IMG/VR virus record: IMGVR_UViG_3300033068_001655 | Strand: one strand, 5' to 3' | Origin: a virus | Lineage: Duplodnaviria > Heunggongvirae > Uroviricota > Caudoviricetes | Length of the DNA stretch: 64,000 nt | In this document: piece after piece, positions 26,549 to 36,462 of the stretch | Position numbering within the stretch: position 1 is the first letter of the stretch | How the letters are laid out: each line of letters starts with the position of its first letter | The notes under the pieces: model-generated | The model's database searches: none | What the model was told of the DNA's origin: nothing | The model's input: the letters and a program-made list of their open reading frames with translations, nothing else | Position numbers and translations under genes: made by a program

Positions 26549-27637
26549 ATGACAAACGAAATTTTAAACCCAGAATTAGGAAACCCAGATTTCGAGCTTT
26601 TATTCGAGGAAAAAAGCTATAGAAAGGGTAAAAATATGAGTGATAAAGATCTTGATGCTCTTTATAGCTCTATTAAATTAGAAGTGCCACAAGTAGGTAA
26701 TGTGGTTAGATCTAAATACCAAGGTATTATGGCAAATCAGTTTGTATTTAGCGTTGACGGATTCAAAGATGATGTTAGAGTTGAAGACAAACCAGGTGAA
26801 GCTAAATACCTTAAAAATTGCAACACTGGAGATGAGGTTGATGTTTTAATTACCGAGATAAATCACGGTCAATATTTCATCAAAGGAAGTATAGCTTCTT
26901 TATATGAGTCAAGAGCTCACGAAAACCTTAAATCTCTAGAGGAAGGAGAATCAGTAACTGCCTACGTTAGAGCACTTAACCCAGCTGGTTATGATGTTGA
27001 GATTACAAATGGAGGAGTAACTCTTCCAGGATTTATGCCAAATACCTTAGCAGGTATCAACAAACTTTACGACCCAACTTCAATTGTTGGAGATACGTTC
27101 CAAGTTATGATTGAGTCTTTCTCAGAACATGAAGGAACTTATATCGTAAGTCGTAGAAAATACTTACAAACTTTAATTCCAGAAGAAATTAGTAATCTTG
27201 AGTTTAATGTGTTGTATAGTGGTAGAGTAACTGGAACAACACCATTTGGTATCTTTGTCGAGTTCAACGAGTGTTTAACTGGTATGATTCACAAAGCAAA
27301 TGTGACTGAAGAGTGGCAAAACAGAATCTCCGAAATTAAACCAGGACAAGAGATTGAGTTCTTTATTAAAGAAATCATTAAGGAGAAAATTATCCTTACT
27401 CAAGTTCTGAGAGAAACACTTTGGGACACCATCAAAAACGGTCAATTGATCGATGGTAAAGTAAAAGATGTTAAGCAATTTGGAGCTTTAGTTATCTTAG
27501 ATGATGAAACAGTTGGATTAGTCCACACATCAGAAATGGAGAAACTTGGTAGAAAGCTTACATCTGGACAGGACATCAAAGTAAAAGTTTTATCAGTTGA
27601 TAGACAAAGTCGTAAAATTTTTCTTACAATTGGATAA
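26549..27637 (+). CDS. Multi-S1-domain RNA-binding protein (ribosomal protein S1-like)
   Basis: Three S1 repeats recognised, including C-terminal GKVKDVKQFGALVILDDETVGLVHTSEM...GQDIKVKVLSVDRQSRKIFLT. Confidence 0.7.
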   Translation: MTNEILNPELGNPDFELLFEEKSYRKGKNMSDKDLDALYSSIKLEVPQVGNVVRSKYQGIMANQFVFSVDGFKDDVRVEDKPGEAKYLKNCNTGDEVDVLITEINHGQYFIKGSIASLYESRAHENLKSLEEGESVTAYVRALNPAGYDVEITNGGVTLPGFMPNTLAGINKLYDPTSIVGDTFQVMIESFSEHEGTYIVSRRKYLQTLIPEEISNLEFNVLYSGRVTGTTPFGIFVEFNECLTGMIHKANVTEEWQNRISEIKPGQEIEFFIKEIIKEKIILTQVLRETLWDTIKNGQLIDGKVKDVKQFGALVILDDETVGLVHTSEMEKLGRKLTSGQDIKVKVLSVDRQSRKIFLTIG

Positions 27638-27674
27638 AAATAAAAAGACCCATTTTTAAATGATAAAACAAAAG

Positions 27675-27701
27675 ACCCTAGAGAAATCTGGGGTTTTTTA
27701 T
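27675..27701 (+). terminator. Rho-independent terminator after the S1-like gene
   Basis: accctaga-gaaa-tctggggt stem-loop followed by tttttt. Confidence 0.55.
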
Positions 27702-27715
27702 TTAATATATACTTT

Positions 27716-28180
27716 ATGATTAAAAATTGGGAAACTTTTTTAGAAGCGGCTAGGTTAAGTGATATTGCAAATCTAAAGGGATTTGATTCTAAGACAAAAT
27801 CAGATTGGGGATTTGATAAGAAATTTGATTTAAGTGGTAATTTAGTTAAAATTATTTCTACCAATAAAAGAATAGGTGGTAGAAAACTTCAACTTAGAAT
27901 AACTTATTTTGATGATACTCACCATAGTATTGCTGAGAGGATAAGAGATAGAACTAATTTAAAAAGTGTTGAAGAATTTAATGTGATTTTAAAAGAAACT
28001 TTAAATAAATTAGTCGAGGAAAAAGAAGAATTTATTTTTGATAAAAAGTATGCGGTTTATTTAAAAGAGTATCGTTTTGTTATTGTATTTACATTAGATT
28101 ATGATTTAAAAGAGCTTAATATTTATACAATTTTACCAGGTTCTAACGTAAATAATGTTGGAAAAATTTTTGTATATTAG
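27716..28180 (+). CDS. Hypothetical protein
   Basis: 154-aa ORF; TAATATATACTTT directly upstream of the ATG. Confidence 0.45.
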   Translation: MIKNWETFLEAARLSDIANLKGFDSKTKSDWGFDKKFDLSGNLVKIISTNKRIGGRKLQLRITYFDDTHHSIAERIRDRTNLKSVEEFNVILKETLNKLVEEKEEFIFDKKYAVYLKEYRFVIVFTLDYDLKELNIYTILPGSNVNNVGKIFVY

Positions 28181-28202
28181 AAAAAAGTTGTATCTTTGAA
28201 GT

Positions 28203-28430
28203 ATGAAAAATATGATAGACAAGTTTGCTGGTATGTGTGAGTTAATTAGTTTTAACTCTAATAATGGTCAATTCTTTTTTGACTCTGTTGATGTAGAATT
28301 TACTGATATATATACTGATAAAGATTATCCTGTTTTAAAAGAAAAAATGGATAAACTTATCAACTTAATCAATGAAGATAATTCATTGATTGAAAAAGAT
28401 CTTCAAGATGAACTTTGGGTAATGTTATAA
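28203..28430 (+). CDS. Hypothetical small protein
   Basis: 75-aa ORF. Confidence 0.35.
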   Translation: MKNMIDKFAGMCELISFNSNNGQFFFDSVDVEFTDIYTDKDYPVLKEKMDKLINLINEDNSLIEKDLQDELWVML

Positions 28431-28431
28431 T

Positions 28432-28466
28432 AAAAAAGCTATCGATTTGATAGCTTTTCTTTTTTA
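28432..28466. terminator. Bidirectional rho-independent terminator between convergent genes
   Basis: aaaaa agctatc gattt gatagct tttctttttt. Confidence 0.55.
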
Positions 28467-28847
28467 TATAAATTCCCATTGTTTAACCTCTGATAATTTC
28501 CATTCACGTTTTTCTTTACCTAACGTTTTTCTAAATGAATTCACATATTCAACCCAAAGATATTTATCTTCATCATCATTGTATCGATATGGTGGTCTAT
28601 TACTTTCTAAATAAGCAGTATATTTATCACCATTATTTAATGTAATTTTACAAGGTATAACAAGTGGTGGTAATTTTAAATTCTCTATTTCAACACCAGC
28701 AAGTTGTGCAATGTTTAGAACTTTTTTATGAAAGCTTAGTGTATTATTTTTCATTAAGTCAACTATTCTACCAACAGTTCCACTTGAATCCGAAGATTCA
28801 AATGTTTTAAATCCTTCTATTTTCTTTTTCATTAGTATGTATTCCAA
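28464..28847 (-). CDS. Hypothetical protein
   Basis: 127-aa ORF. Confidence 0.4.
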   Translation of the reverse strand: MEYILMKKKIEGFKTFESSDSSGTVGRIVDLMKNNTLSFHKKVLNIAQLAGVEIENLKLPPLVIPCKITLNNGDKYTAYLESNRPPYRYNDDEDKYLWVEYVNSFRKTLGKEKREWKLSEVKQWEFI

Positions 28848-29017
28848 TTTTTTATATGTATAACACCATTAGAGTCTATTGTAGAACCTTTATCCTCAAC
28901 CTCTTCATCTTCTTCTTCATCATCAAAAAAACCAGGTTTAAGTACATCATCAATTGTTTTGTCTGATAACTCAGGCATTGTTTCAACAAATTGTTCAAAA
29001 AGTTTTAAATATCTCAC
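28832..29017 (-). CDS. Small acidic protein with CTS-like N-terminus (MRYLKLFEQFVE)
   Basis: 61 aa with a poly-acidic stretch DDEEEDEEVED. Confidence 0.4.
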   Translation of the reverse strand: MRYLKLFEQFVETMPELSDKTIDDVLKPGFFDDEEEDEEVEDKGSTIDSNGVIHIKNWNTY

Positions 29018-29035
29018 TTAGTATATATTATTTTT

Positions 29036-30226
29036 TTACCAATCATTATCTTGATCATCATCCCATTCTTCATCACCATCATCTTGTGACCATATAATTC
29101 TTTGTGAACCTGGGAAAGGTTTATTACTAATCTGACCAGTTTCTGGGTTCCAGTTATTCATATTATCTACTGATGGATATTGATCAAATGTACCAGGATT
29201 TATATGTGTAGTAAATGTTTGTCCATAACTCATTTGTATATATCCTTTTGAATTACCATATTCAATAAATACATTTCTATCAGAATCTTTACTTGTATAG
29301 ATGGTGTCCATTAGTTGTCTTCCATCATCTAATGTCCAAAGAAGAGCTCTACCAATTATTTTATCATCATAATTTTCAGATCTTAACATCAATAATTTTA
29401 CAGTTTGTGGATTATCAATATAAATTTGTAACCATCTAAGATTACCAACTGCTTGACAAGAACCACCTAAAGTTCCTTGATGTGGAAATTCATAGTTTCT
29501 TCTGTTATACCAGAATCCTAAGTCGTCACCTTCAACGATCTCAAATCTTGAGAACACATCATTCATAATTGCTAAAACTGCTCTAAATTCGTTTACAAAC
29601 GTTTCTATCTTAGCATCTGTAACTGGATAGTTATAAGCTTGTAATAAAACTCTAACTGCTCTACCTGTTCTTACTTCTTGACGACTTCTAGTGAAGACAA
29701 CTTTTTGTTTATCTTCTACAATAGGTCTTAGTTTTTCAATGTTATATACACCTTCACCAGTTGGAAACTTAACATAACACCAAGTTTTACCAGTTTTCTC
29801 AGATGTTACTCTACTAATAACTTCTCCAGCATCATTATTATTTGGATGGAAAACTTCTTCTGTTGTAGGTGTAAATCCTAATCTTGCAAAAATAGCACCG
29901 TTAGTTCTAAGGTTATTAGTAAGCCAACCACCTCTACGACCAACATATTTAACAAATTCTCTAGTATCACCAAGTATTTCTTGTGCAACTCTATCTGGAG
30001 TGAAAGTCAAGATATTATCATTGTCAATTTTTACATCAAAAAAGTTAGAAACAACTTCTAAATCCTTATTTTCAATCTCTAATAATTTCTGAGCAATTTC
30101 GTTGTCAGGTAATTTACTAAGTGCTCTTTTAAACTTAGCAGAATAAACTACATTAGATTCTAATAAAAGTTGTTCTAATATAAGTTTTTCTACAATAAAT
30201 TCTTCATACTTGTTTAAGCTTCTCAT
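29036..30226 (-). CDS. Hypothetical 396-aa protein, paralog of the tRNA-island gene 1566-2756; CTS-like N-terminus
   Basis: Shared conserved block with 1566-2756. N-terminal MRSLNKYEEFIVEKLILE. Confidence 0.55.
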   Translation of the reverse strand: MRSLNKYEEFIVEKLILEQLLLESNVVYSAKFKRALSKLPDNEIAQKLLEIENKDLEVVSNFFDVKIDNDNILTFTPDRVAQEILGDTREFVKYVGRRGGWLTNNLRTNGAIFARLGFTPTTEEVFHPNNNDAGEVISRVTSEKTGKTWCYVKFPTGEGVYNIEKLRPIVEDKQKVVFTRSRQEVRTGRAVRVLLQAYNYPVTDAKIETFVNEFRAVLAIMNDVFSRFEIVEGDDLGFWYNRRNYEFPHQGTLGGSCQAVGNLRWLQIYIDNPQTVKLLMLRSENYDDKIIGRALLWTLDDGRQLMDTIYTSKDSDRNVFIEYGNSKGYIQMSYGQTFTTHINPGTFDQYPSVDNMNNWNPETGQISNKPFPGSQRIIWSQDDGDEEWDDDQDNDW

Positions 30227-30973
30227 TTAATATGTTAATATTTTTAATACAACATCCTCAACAAATTCTTTCATATCTGCTGGATCAATTGTTGCAACCG
30301 TGTCTTTAGTAGAGTGACAATGAAATAACATTGAATAATCTAAATAAGTTTCATCATCCCACTTAACATTTGTTTTACCTTCTAAAACTGGAGGTAATGG
30401 ATTTATTACTACTGAATCAATTCCATTTCTTCTAAATGTCACTGAGTCGTTAAAAGGTGTTCTAACTATTGGACAATCAAATAATGTCTTTATATGATTT
30501 GTTAAAGGTCCTGGGTAATCACCAATGAAAAAGTGTCTACCACCTTTACCGCTTAATTCTAAATTAAGTACCCATTCTATATCACCAAACTTACCTTCAT
30601 TGATTTGTTCAGATGCTCTATTAGAACCAATTCCACCCACTTCTTCACCATCTAATAAGATTACATTCATCGTTGGTAATAGTTTCTTAATCATTATTGC
30701 ATTGATTACTGATGCACTATTATCATTTGCATTATCTATATTAGGGTTATTTATATCGTGATGTGCAACAACCATTCTATTTGAAGTTCCTTTTAAGATA
30801 ATGTTATATCCGGTTACATCTTTAGTAAAGAATTTATCTAATTCATACTTAATTCCCTCTGATTCTAGTAATTCCATTAAAAATTGAACTCTAGGTGGTG
30901 GAGTTTGTGAATTATTATCATAAATAGTTCCTTCGTTTCTAACTTTACAAAAGTCATATATTTTATTGTACAT
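30227..30973 (-). CDS. Putative M28/M42-family metallopeptidase-like protein
   Basis: VVAHHDI...DNSASV...LDGEEVGGIGS...HCHS matches the spacing of the M28 zinc-ligand signature H-x-D / D / EE / D / H. Confidence 0.45.
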   Translation of the reverse strand: MYNKIYDFCKVRNEGTIYDNNSQTPPPRVQFLMELLESEGIKYELDKFFTKDVTGYNIILKGTSNRMVVAHHDINNPNIDNANDNSASVINAIMIKKLLPTMNVILLDGEEVGGIGSNRASEQINEGKFGDIEWVLNLELSGKGGRHFFIGDYPGPLTNHIKTLFDCPIVRTPFNDSVTFRRNGIDSVVINPLPPVLEGKTNVKWDDETYLDYSMLFHCHSTKDTVATIDPADMKEFVEDVVLKILTY

Positions 30974-31000
30974 AAATGTATATATTAAATTTTTAAAATA

Positions 31001-31038
31001 AAAACACCCCTATTTAAAAATAGGGGTGAATTTTCTAA
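31001..31038 (-). terminator. Rho-independent terminator downstream of the flotillin gene
   Basis: cacccctat/ataggggtg 8-bp stem; the minus strand continues tttttatttt. Confidence 0.6.
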
Positions 31039-31051
31039 TCAAAAGTCTCTA

Positions 31052-32944
31052 TTATTTTTTAGAGTCTTTTTTATCTGTTGTAGTTTCAACTACTGCATCA
31101 GTATCTACTACATTTCCGGTTTTCATACCTTTACCCATCATTTCCATGATTTGCATTCCAAGTAATCCATCTAATGAACCGTTACCTTGTCCACTACCAT
31201 TGATTAGTAAATCTGGCATAATTTTCACTTTACCTTTACCAATCTCTTCTGTTACTTTGAATGTCGTAAAGTTGTCTTTACCCATTGCATCAACAGCCAA
31301 TCTATACGCTTCTGCAGTTGATTTACCCACTGATAAGATTGCATTCGCTTCTGCTTCACCAATAACGGTTTTTCTTGTAGCTTCTGCTTTAGCATTCAAT
31401 GTTGTAGCTTCTGCGTTAGCTTCTGCTGCAATTTTTACTGAACGAGCTTTACCAGTTGCGTCTTTAACCGCGGAGTCAGCTAATCTTTCAGAGATTTGAA
31501 CACCTTGGTCAGCTTTTACTAACTCACCTTGCATATCAGCAATAGCAGTTTCTTTTTCAAGAGTTTGACGTTGTACTTGAGCTTTTTTCTGAGTCTCAAA
31601 TGTTACTTGTTGCTCTTCTGCAATTTTACGGTCAGTTAATGTTTTCATCAATGACTCTGGTGGAGTAATATCTCCGATAAGTGTATCTACAGCGTGTACG
31701 TTATATTCGTCCAATACTTTAGAGATCTCTTTCTTAGCAGCATCTTGTCTTGATTGACGAGTAGATAAGAACGCGATAACGTCTGAATCTTGAGCAGAGT
31801 TACGGAAGTAGTTACCAATTGTTGGTTCTAATACTTGAGATACAAGTGCTTGTGTAGAACCGAAACGAGCAATTACTTTAGGTGCTTCATTCATTGGAAT
31901 GTGGATAATCTGTGATACATCCAAATTGAATGGGAAACCGTCTTTAGAACGTACTGTAATTGTACTTAAACCTTTATCTAAGTTGTGAGACTCTGTACGA
32001 GCATTTGCCCAGTTAAGTACAAGATTTGTTGTAGGTACAATCTCAATCTTAGTTGTATAAGGGTTGATTGCATATTTACCTGGACCCTTAGGTTCAGCCC
32101 AAACACCTTTTTGTCCTTTAGATACTAAGTTACCGTGTTTAAACCCAGCACCAGTTACGTCAACTCCTTCTTCACCAACATATGAAATAACAACACCACA
32201 ATTACCAATTGGAATATTAGTCATTTGTACTTCTTCAACTTGAACAGCCCAAGGGTTTAAGTTGTAAGAACCTGCTTGAATAACTTGACCTTGTAATCCA
32301 CGATTACCACCTGCTGCTAAGAAAGCATCAAAATCTTGGAAGTTATTGTGTCCTTCAACAGATTCTCCTGCAATTTGACCTGAACTAAGTGGTTCACCAT
32401 CTAATGTAGTAACAATACCCACCATATTTTCTTGAACGCTAACTTGTTTAACTGCAGATACTTCAAATAAGAATGTATTGATTTTATAGCTACCGTTAGT
32501 AATATAAGCGGCTTGACGACCTTTTTGACCACCATTTTGAAGGAAAGCTGTAGCATCTTGATAATTATCACATTCAACTTTACGTCCTAAGATACGTCCT
32601 GTTGGTGGAACTTTACCATCTTTAGAAGAAATTAAACCAATGTGTCCCTCAGGAATAACTATAAATCCTTGCATATCAACTGAATACTGCCATGGCCACA
32701 TAAACCAATGTAAACCAGTTTCTAACATTTTTGCTTGTAAACCTGCTTCACCATTTACTGCGATGATTCTATCACCACTTAATTGTTTGTTCTCACCAAA
32801 AAGAACGAATTTTTTCGTTACTAAACCAATCTTGTTCTCAGGAACAATAACTAGTCCAAAAAATACACGAAAAATGAACTTGTACATAAGAATACATACT
32901 AGTCCGAGAATTGCTGGCCAATAGGCCAAAATCTGTGTTACCAT
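31052..32944 (-). CDS. SPFH/band-7 (flotillin-like) membrane protein, 630 aa
   Basis: N-terminal TM helices, an SPFH core, and a long Ala/Glu/Gln-rich flotillin-type coiled coil (AEEQQVTFETQKKAQVQRQTLEKE...AEANAEATTLNAKAEATRK). GC ~40% against a ~27% background. Confidence 0.8.
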   Translation of the reverse strand: MVTQILAYWPAILGLVCILMYKFIFRVFFGLVIVPENKIGLVTKKFVLFGENKQLSGDRIIAVNGEAGLQAKMLETGLHWFMWPWQYSVDMQGFIVIPEGHIGLISSKDGKVPPTGRILGRKVECDNYQDATAFLQNGGQKGRQAAYITNGSYKINTFLFEVSAVKQVSVQENMVGIVTTLDGEPLSSGQIAGESVEGHNNFQDFDAFLAAGGNRGLQGQVIQAGSYNLNPWAVQVEEVQMTNIPIGNCGVVISYVGEEGVDVTGAGFKHGNLVSKGQKGVWAEPKGPGKYAINPYTTKIEIVPTTNLVLNWANARTESHNLDKGLSTITVRSKDGFPFNLDVSQIIHIPMNEAPKVIARFGSTQALVSQVLEPTIGNYFRNSAQDSDVIAFLSTRQSRQDAAKKEISKVLDEYNVHAVDTLIGDITPPESLMKTLTDRKIAEEQQVTFETQKKAQVQRQTLEKETAIADMQGELVKADQGVQISERLADSAVKDATGKARSVKIAAEANAEATTLNAKAEATRKTVIGEAEANAILSVGKSTAEAYRLAVDAMGKDNFTTFKVTEEIGKGKVKIMPDLLINGSGQGNGSLDGLLGMQIMEMMGKGMKTGNVVDTDAVVETTTDKKDSKK

Positions 32945-32984
32945 AATTTAATTGTTTTAATTGTTTTAGTTCTATTTTTAATTT

Positions 32985-33713
32985 TTAATTTGTTTCGATT
33001 AAATCTAAAATATCTTTTAGAGGCATTTCTAATAGGTCTTTATAATCATCAACCTTTACTTCTGTTTTTTTAGACACTTGTTGAATACCCCAATCAAGTA
33101 TTTTTAATCCATGTCTATTAGGATCTAAAATCGATTTTGAAATGATCTTTAACAATTCTAAGTTTTTGTTTTTAACTAAATCAATTTTTCTTGTATCATT
33201 AGTAGTAATCAAACCCGTTGCTTCATCAAAAAGTAACTGACTTAATGCAAGTTCTCTAGACTCTGCGGTTGTTAGTTTTCTAAAAGTCCAACCATTAAAC
33301 TTTAGTTTTCTTTTAACTCCTTGAAAATTAATGAAGTATTCTACATAAGGTGGTAACGCAATACCGTTTCTAGTTGTTCTAGGTGTTTCCTTACGAATAA
33401 TATTCTCAACACGATACATACCATCTTTAACTAAACACTTGTATCTATCTTGTGTACATACAATTATATCACCATTTGATACATCCTCACCTTTTAGTAA
33501 TTCAAATCTTTGGTAGAAATTTTGTGGTAATGGAATGTCAATCTCTGGAAGAGGTTTGCCATACATTGTAGTAAAATTCTTTACAGTGTATCTTCCGAAA
33601 TCTTTTAATTGTACTGACTTCCAATTTTGTGTAGTAGAGTTCCATAAAGCAACAACTTCATATGAATGTCCTTTTACTAACTTTGTAGTACCTTTTTTAC
33701 ATATTACATTCAT
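32985..33713 (-). CDS. Hypothetical protein
   Basis: 242-aa ORF. Confidence 0.4.
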   Translation of the reverse strand: MNVICKKGTTKLVKGHSYEVVALWNSTTQNWKSVQLKDFGRYTVKNFTTMYGKPLPEIDIPLPQNFYQRFELLKGEDVSNGDIIVCTQDRYKCLVKDGMYRVENIIRKETPRTTRNGIALPPYVEYFINFQGVKRKLKFNGWTFRKLTTAESRELALSQLLFDEATGLITTNDTRKIDLVKNKNLELLKIISKSILDPNRHGLKILDWGIQQVSKKTEVKVDDYKDLLEMPLKDILDLIETN

Positions 33714-33714
33714 A

Positions 33715-34131
33715 TTAGTCTAGTATTGCGTTAGTTGGGTCAGGTAATTTGCCAGAACTATCTCTTTGAGTTATTCTTTTAGCAGATGATGGATTATCAG
33801 CTAGTCCATTTTGCATCCACTCTTTAAAATCTAAATGTTCTAAGTAATCTTGTGCAGTTGGAATAAATCTCATTCCAAAATCTTCTAATATATGTTGTTC
33901 ACATATATCTTTTACAGATACGGTTCTATCAGCAGAGTTTGTGATAGTGTATCCAAATATAGGTATCATCACCTCGTGGATCCAAAATCCATGGTGAGTC
34001 AACGCTCGGTGTCTATTGTCAGACAGGTAAGCTTTAGAACAATCCATCTTCATGTGTATTGCTAGATAATCTTGTGGTTCTCCACCAAATTTACGAGCCG
34101 AAGAAACTGAATGTATGTGTGCGTTTGCCAT
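33715..34131 (-). CDS. Hypothetical His-rich protein with anomalously high GC (~45-48%)
   Basis: 138-aa ORF; compositional outlier. Confidence 0.4.
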   Translation of the reverse strand: MANAHIHSVSSARKFGGEPQDYLAIHMKMDCSKAYLSDNRHRALTHHGFWIHEVMIPIFGYTITNSADRTVSVKDICEQHILEDFGMRFIPTAQDYLEHLDFKEWMQNGLADNPSSAKRITQRDSSGKLPDPTNAILD

Positions 34132-34577
34132 TAATATTTTATTTTATCGATTGTTTCTTGTAATTGTTCTTGTGTTAGTTTATCGAGTACAAATGTAAGC
34201 ATTTCATCTGAATTACCAAAATTTGTTTGAATATGTTGTTTAAGAAAATCTAAATAATCTTGTCTTTCACCAACACCTAACTGTAACATTTTAATTTCTC
34301 TTTGCCATTGAGTCCCACCATTGATTTCAAAATCAGTATCATAATCACCAGAGAATGATAAATTGTATTTCATTTTGTCTTGAAATTCCTTAGTGGACAT
34401 ACCTATAGGTATTTCAAACTCAACTGGTTTATAGGGTCTCTGACAGATTCGATCCGCTATATCTTTAGAGTCTCTTAAACCCAGATCACAGGCTTCTTTT
34501 ATATTTTTAACAAGTTGTAACATATTTTGACAATCATTGTTAAATTTTACTTTTACAATATTTTTCATTATACACAA
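34131..34577 (-). CDS. Hypothetical protein
   Basis: 148-aa ORF. Confidence 0.4.
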   Translation of the reverse strand: MCIMKNIVKVKFNNDCQNMLQLVKNIKEACDLGLRDSKDIADRICQRPYKPVEFEIPIGMSTKEFQDKMKYNLSFSGDYDTDFEINGGTQWQREIKMLQLGVGERQDYLDFLKQHIQTNFGNSDEMLTFVLDKLTQEQLQETIDKIKY

Positions 34578-35218
34578 AGTATTAAACTTTCTTTATATAA
34601 GTATTCATCAATGACTTTTTGATCAATTTGATTTACTTGTTTTAATAAGTTTGGTAGTTTTGCAGGTTGTAAACCAATACTACCTACTACCTCACTACCA
34701 TTATTAAAATTGTTGATAATAAAGTCTGCCATTTCATTTTTCTCTAATGGGTCCATTTCAGTCTTTAATCTATCACGGATATTAAGTAATCCCTCATTTG
34801 TCATATAACGAGCTCTTTTTAATCTGTCTCCTTCTGGGGCAAATACACTAATAGTCATATCAACTTTTTTATCCCACTCTCTTTCAAATAAAATAGAAGA
34901 ATGAAAGATAGTATAGATTGCACCTTTTCTTTCCATTCTATCATTAAATTTTGCAAATGCATTGAAAAGGTCGTCTTGTACGATGTCAAGAATTTTATCA
35001 AATGCAGATTTCTTCAATCTACGGAAATCTAATTGATGATTGATAAAGATGTCAGAACCTAACTCTCTACGCACTTCACCTAATAATTCGTGATTGTGAT
35101 TTAAAATAAACTTTAAAATAAGATCTGCTTCAAAAACAGGAATACCTATTCTTTTGAATACTTGAATTGTAGTGTCTTTTCCTGAGTATCTGCTACCTGA
35201 TAATCCTAATGTAATCAT
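34568..35218 (-). CDS. Dephospho-CoA kinase-like P-loop kinase
   Basis: ITLGLSGSRYSGKDT...GIPVFEADLI parallels CoaE (IGLTGGIGSGKST...G.PVIDADxIA). Confidence 0.5.
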   Translation of the reverse strand: MITLGLSGSRYSGKDTTIQVFKRIGIPVFEADLILKFILNHNHELLGEVRRELGSDIFINHQLDFRRLKKSAFDKILDIVQDDLFNAFAKFNDRMERKGAIYTIFHSSILFEREWDKKVDMTISVFAPEGDRLKRARYMTNEGLLNIRDRLKTEMDPLEKNEMADFIINNFNNGSEVVGSIGLQPAKLPNLLKQVNQIDQKVIDEYLYKESLILCV

Positions 35219-35322
35219 ATATCGTTTTTATATTTTGAAATACAAATGTACGACATTATTTGATAAAAACAAAACTAAACTAATAAATTTTTATTGATAT
35301 AAATAACTAAAACAATTAAGAT

Positions 35323-36432
35323 ATGATAATAAATTTAAAAAGTCAAACAGACCTTTCGGGGTTTTATGTAGTTTATGAAGGTTCAACAAACTTAGAAAAA
35401 CCAGGATGGTATGGAATATCACACTTAATGGAACATCTTGTTTGTAAATCATTTGATCACTTACAAGAAGATTTTGATAGAGATGGTATTGATTGGAATG
35501 CTTATACTTCTTCTAATGAAATCGTATTCTATTTAACTGGATTGGATGAAAAAGTAAACAAATATAAGAATCAATTTGTAGAATTACTAACTTCTTTTAA
35601 TGTAACTAAAGAAGAATTTGAAAATGAAAGAAAAATTGTTCTTGAAGAGTATATGGATTGTTTCAACGATCAGACTCAATCACACATGTTAAACCTTTCA
35701 AGAAAGTTATTCAATGATTATGATCCAATTGGGTTGAAAAAAGATTTAGAGAATTTGAAATTTATGGATTGTCTTAACTTTTTTGAATTACAATATGCTA
35801 AACCAACTAAAATTATCAATGTTTCTAAAAACAAGGATTATAAAAATAAATCAATTGAATTTCAAGAAAGAAAAATTGTAACTAATTTGAGTTTTGGTAA
35901 TCACGATGTTGATTTGGAATTAAATAATGATTTTAAAGATAAAACCTCTATTGTAATTTTATCTCCAGTGATTGAAGAAGATTTTGCTTACGTACACTTT
36001 ATAAATGCAATGTTATCATTAGGTTTAAAATCACCTTTATATCAAGAGATTAGAGAAAAGAAAGGATTAGTTTATTACGTTCATTGTTATCAATCAAGAG
36101 TAAATGATAAAGGATTGAATTCTATTTCGACTTTAACTTCAAATAGAAACTTTAATGAGGTTGTTGACGCTGTTAAAAAAGTGATTACAAACCCAGATAA
36201 GTTTTTAACTAAAGAAAGATTTAACATTGTTAAAGATTACTATGAGGTAAGAAAACAAAAAGACGAAATCAATAGATATGGTGCAGTAAATCAATGGATA
36301 AACCCTGCAGGTTGGTCTGTGTATGACATATTAGAAGAGGTTACTTTGAAAAAGATTAGAGAAGTTTATGATAAGTATTATGACTTTGATAAGTTTTATA
36401 TTTCATCAGACAAGAAAGAATTTAAAAAATAA
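35323..36432 (+). CDS. M16-family (insulinase/pitrilysin-like) zinc peptidase
   Basis: Inverted zinc motif HLMEH near the N-terminus (ISHLMEHLVCKS); 369 aa. Confidence 0.55.
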   Translation: MIINLKSQTDLSGFYVVYEGSTNLEKPGWYGISHLMEHLVCKSFDHLQEDFDRDGIDWNAYTSSNEIVFYLTGLDEKVNKYKNQFVELLTSFNVTKEEFENERKIVLEEYMDCFNDQTQSHMLNLSRKLFNDYDPIGLKKDLENLKFMDCLNFFELQYAKPTKIINVSKNKDYKNKSIEFQERKIVTNLSFGNHDVDLELNNDFKDKTSIVILSPVIEEDFAYVHFINAMLSLGLKSPLYQEIREKKGLVYYVHCYQSRVNDKGLNSISTLTSNRNFNEVVDAVKKVITNPDKFLTKERFNIVKDYYEVRKQKDEINRYGAVNQWINPAGWSVYDILEEVTLKKIREVYDKYYDFDKFYISSDKKEFKK

Positions 36433-36462
36433 ACCCACATTACAAAATTTAATAGATTTTAA

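Noticed and set aside
31026-31499. 157-aa plus-strand ORF and other long antisense ORFs (19614-19931, 32640-32924, 54013-54366)
   Set aside because: Each lies fully antisense within a well-supported long gene. Hydrophobic or low-complexity translations typical of antisense frames.
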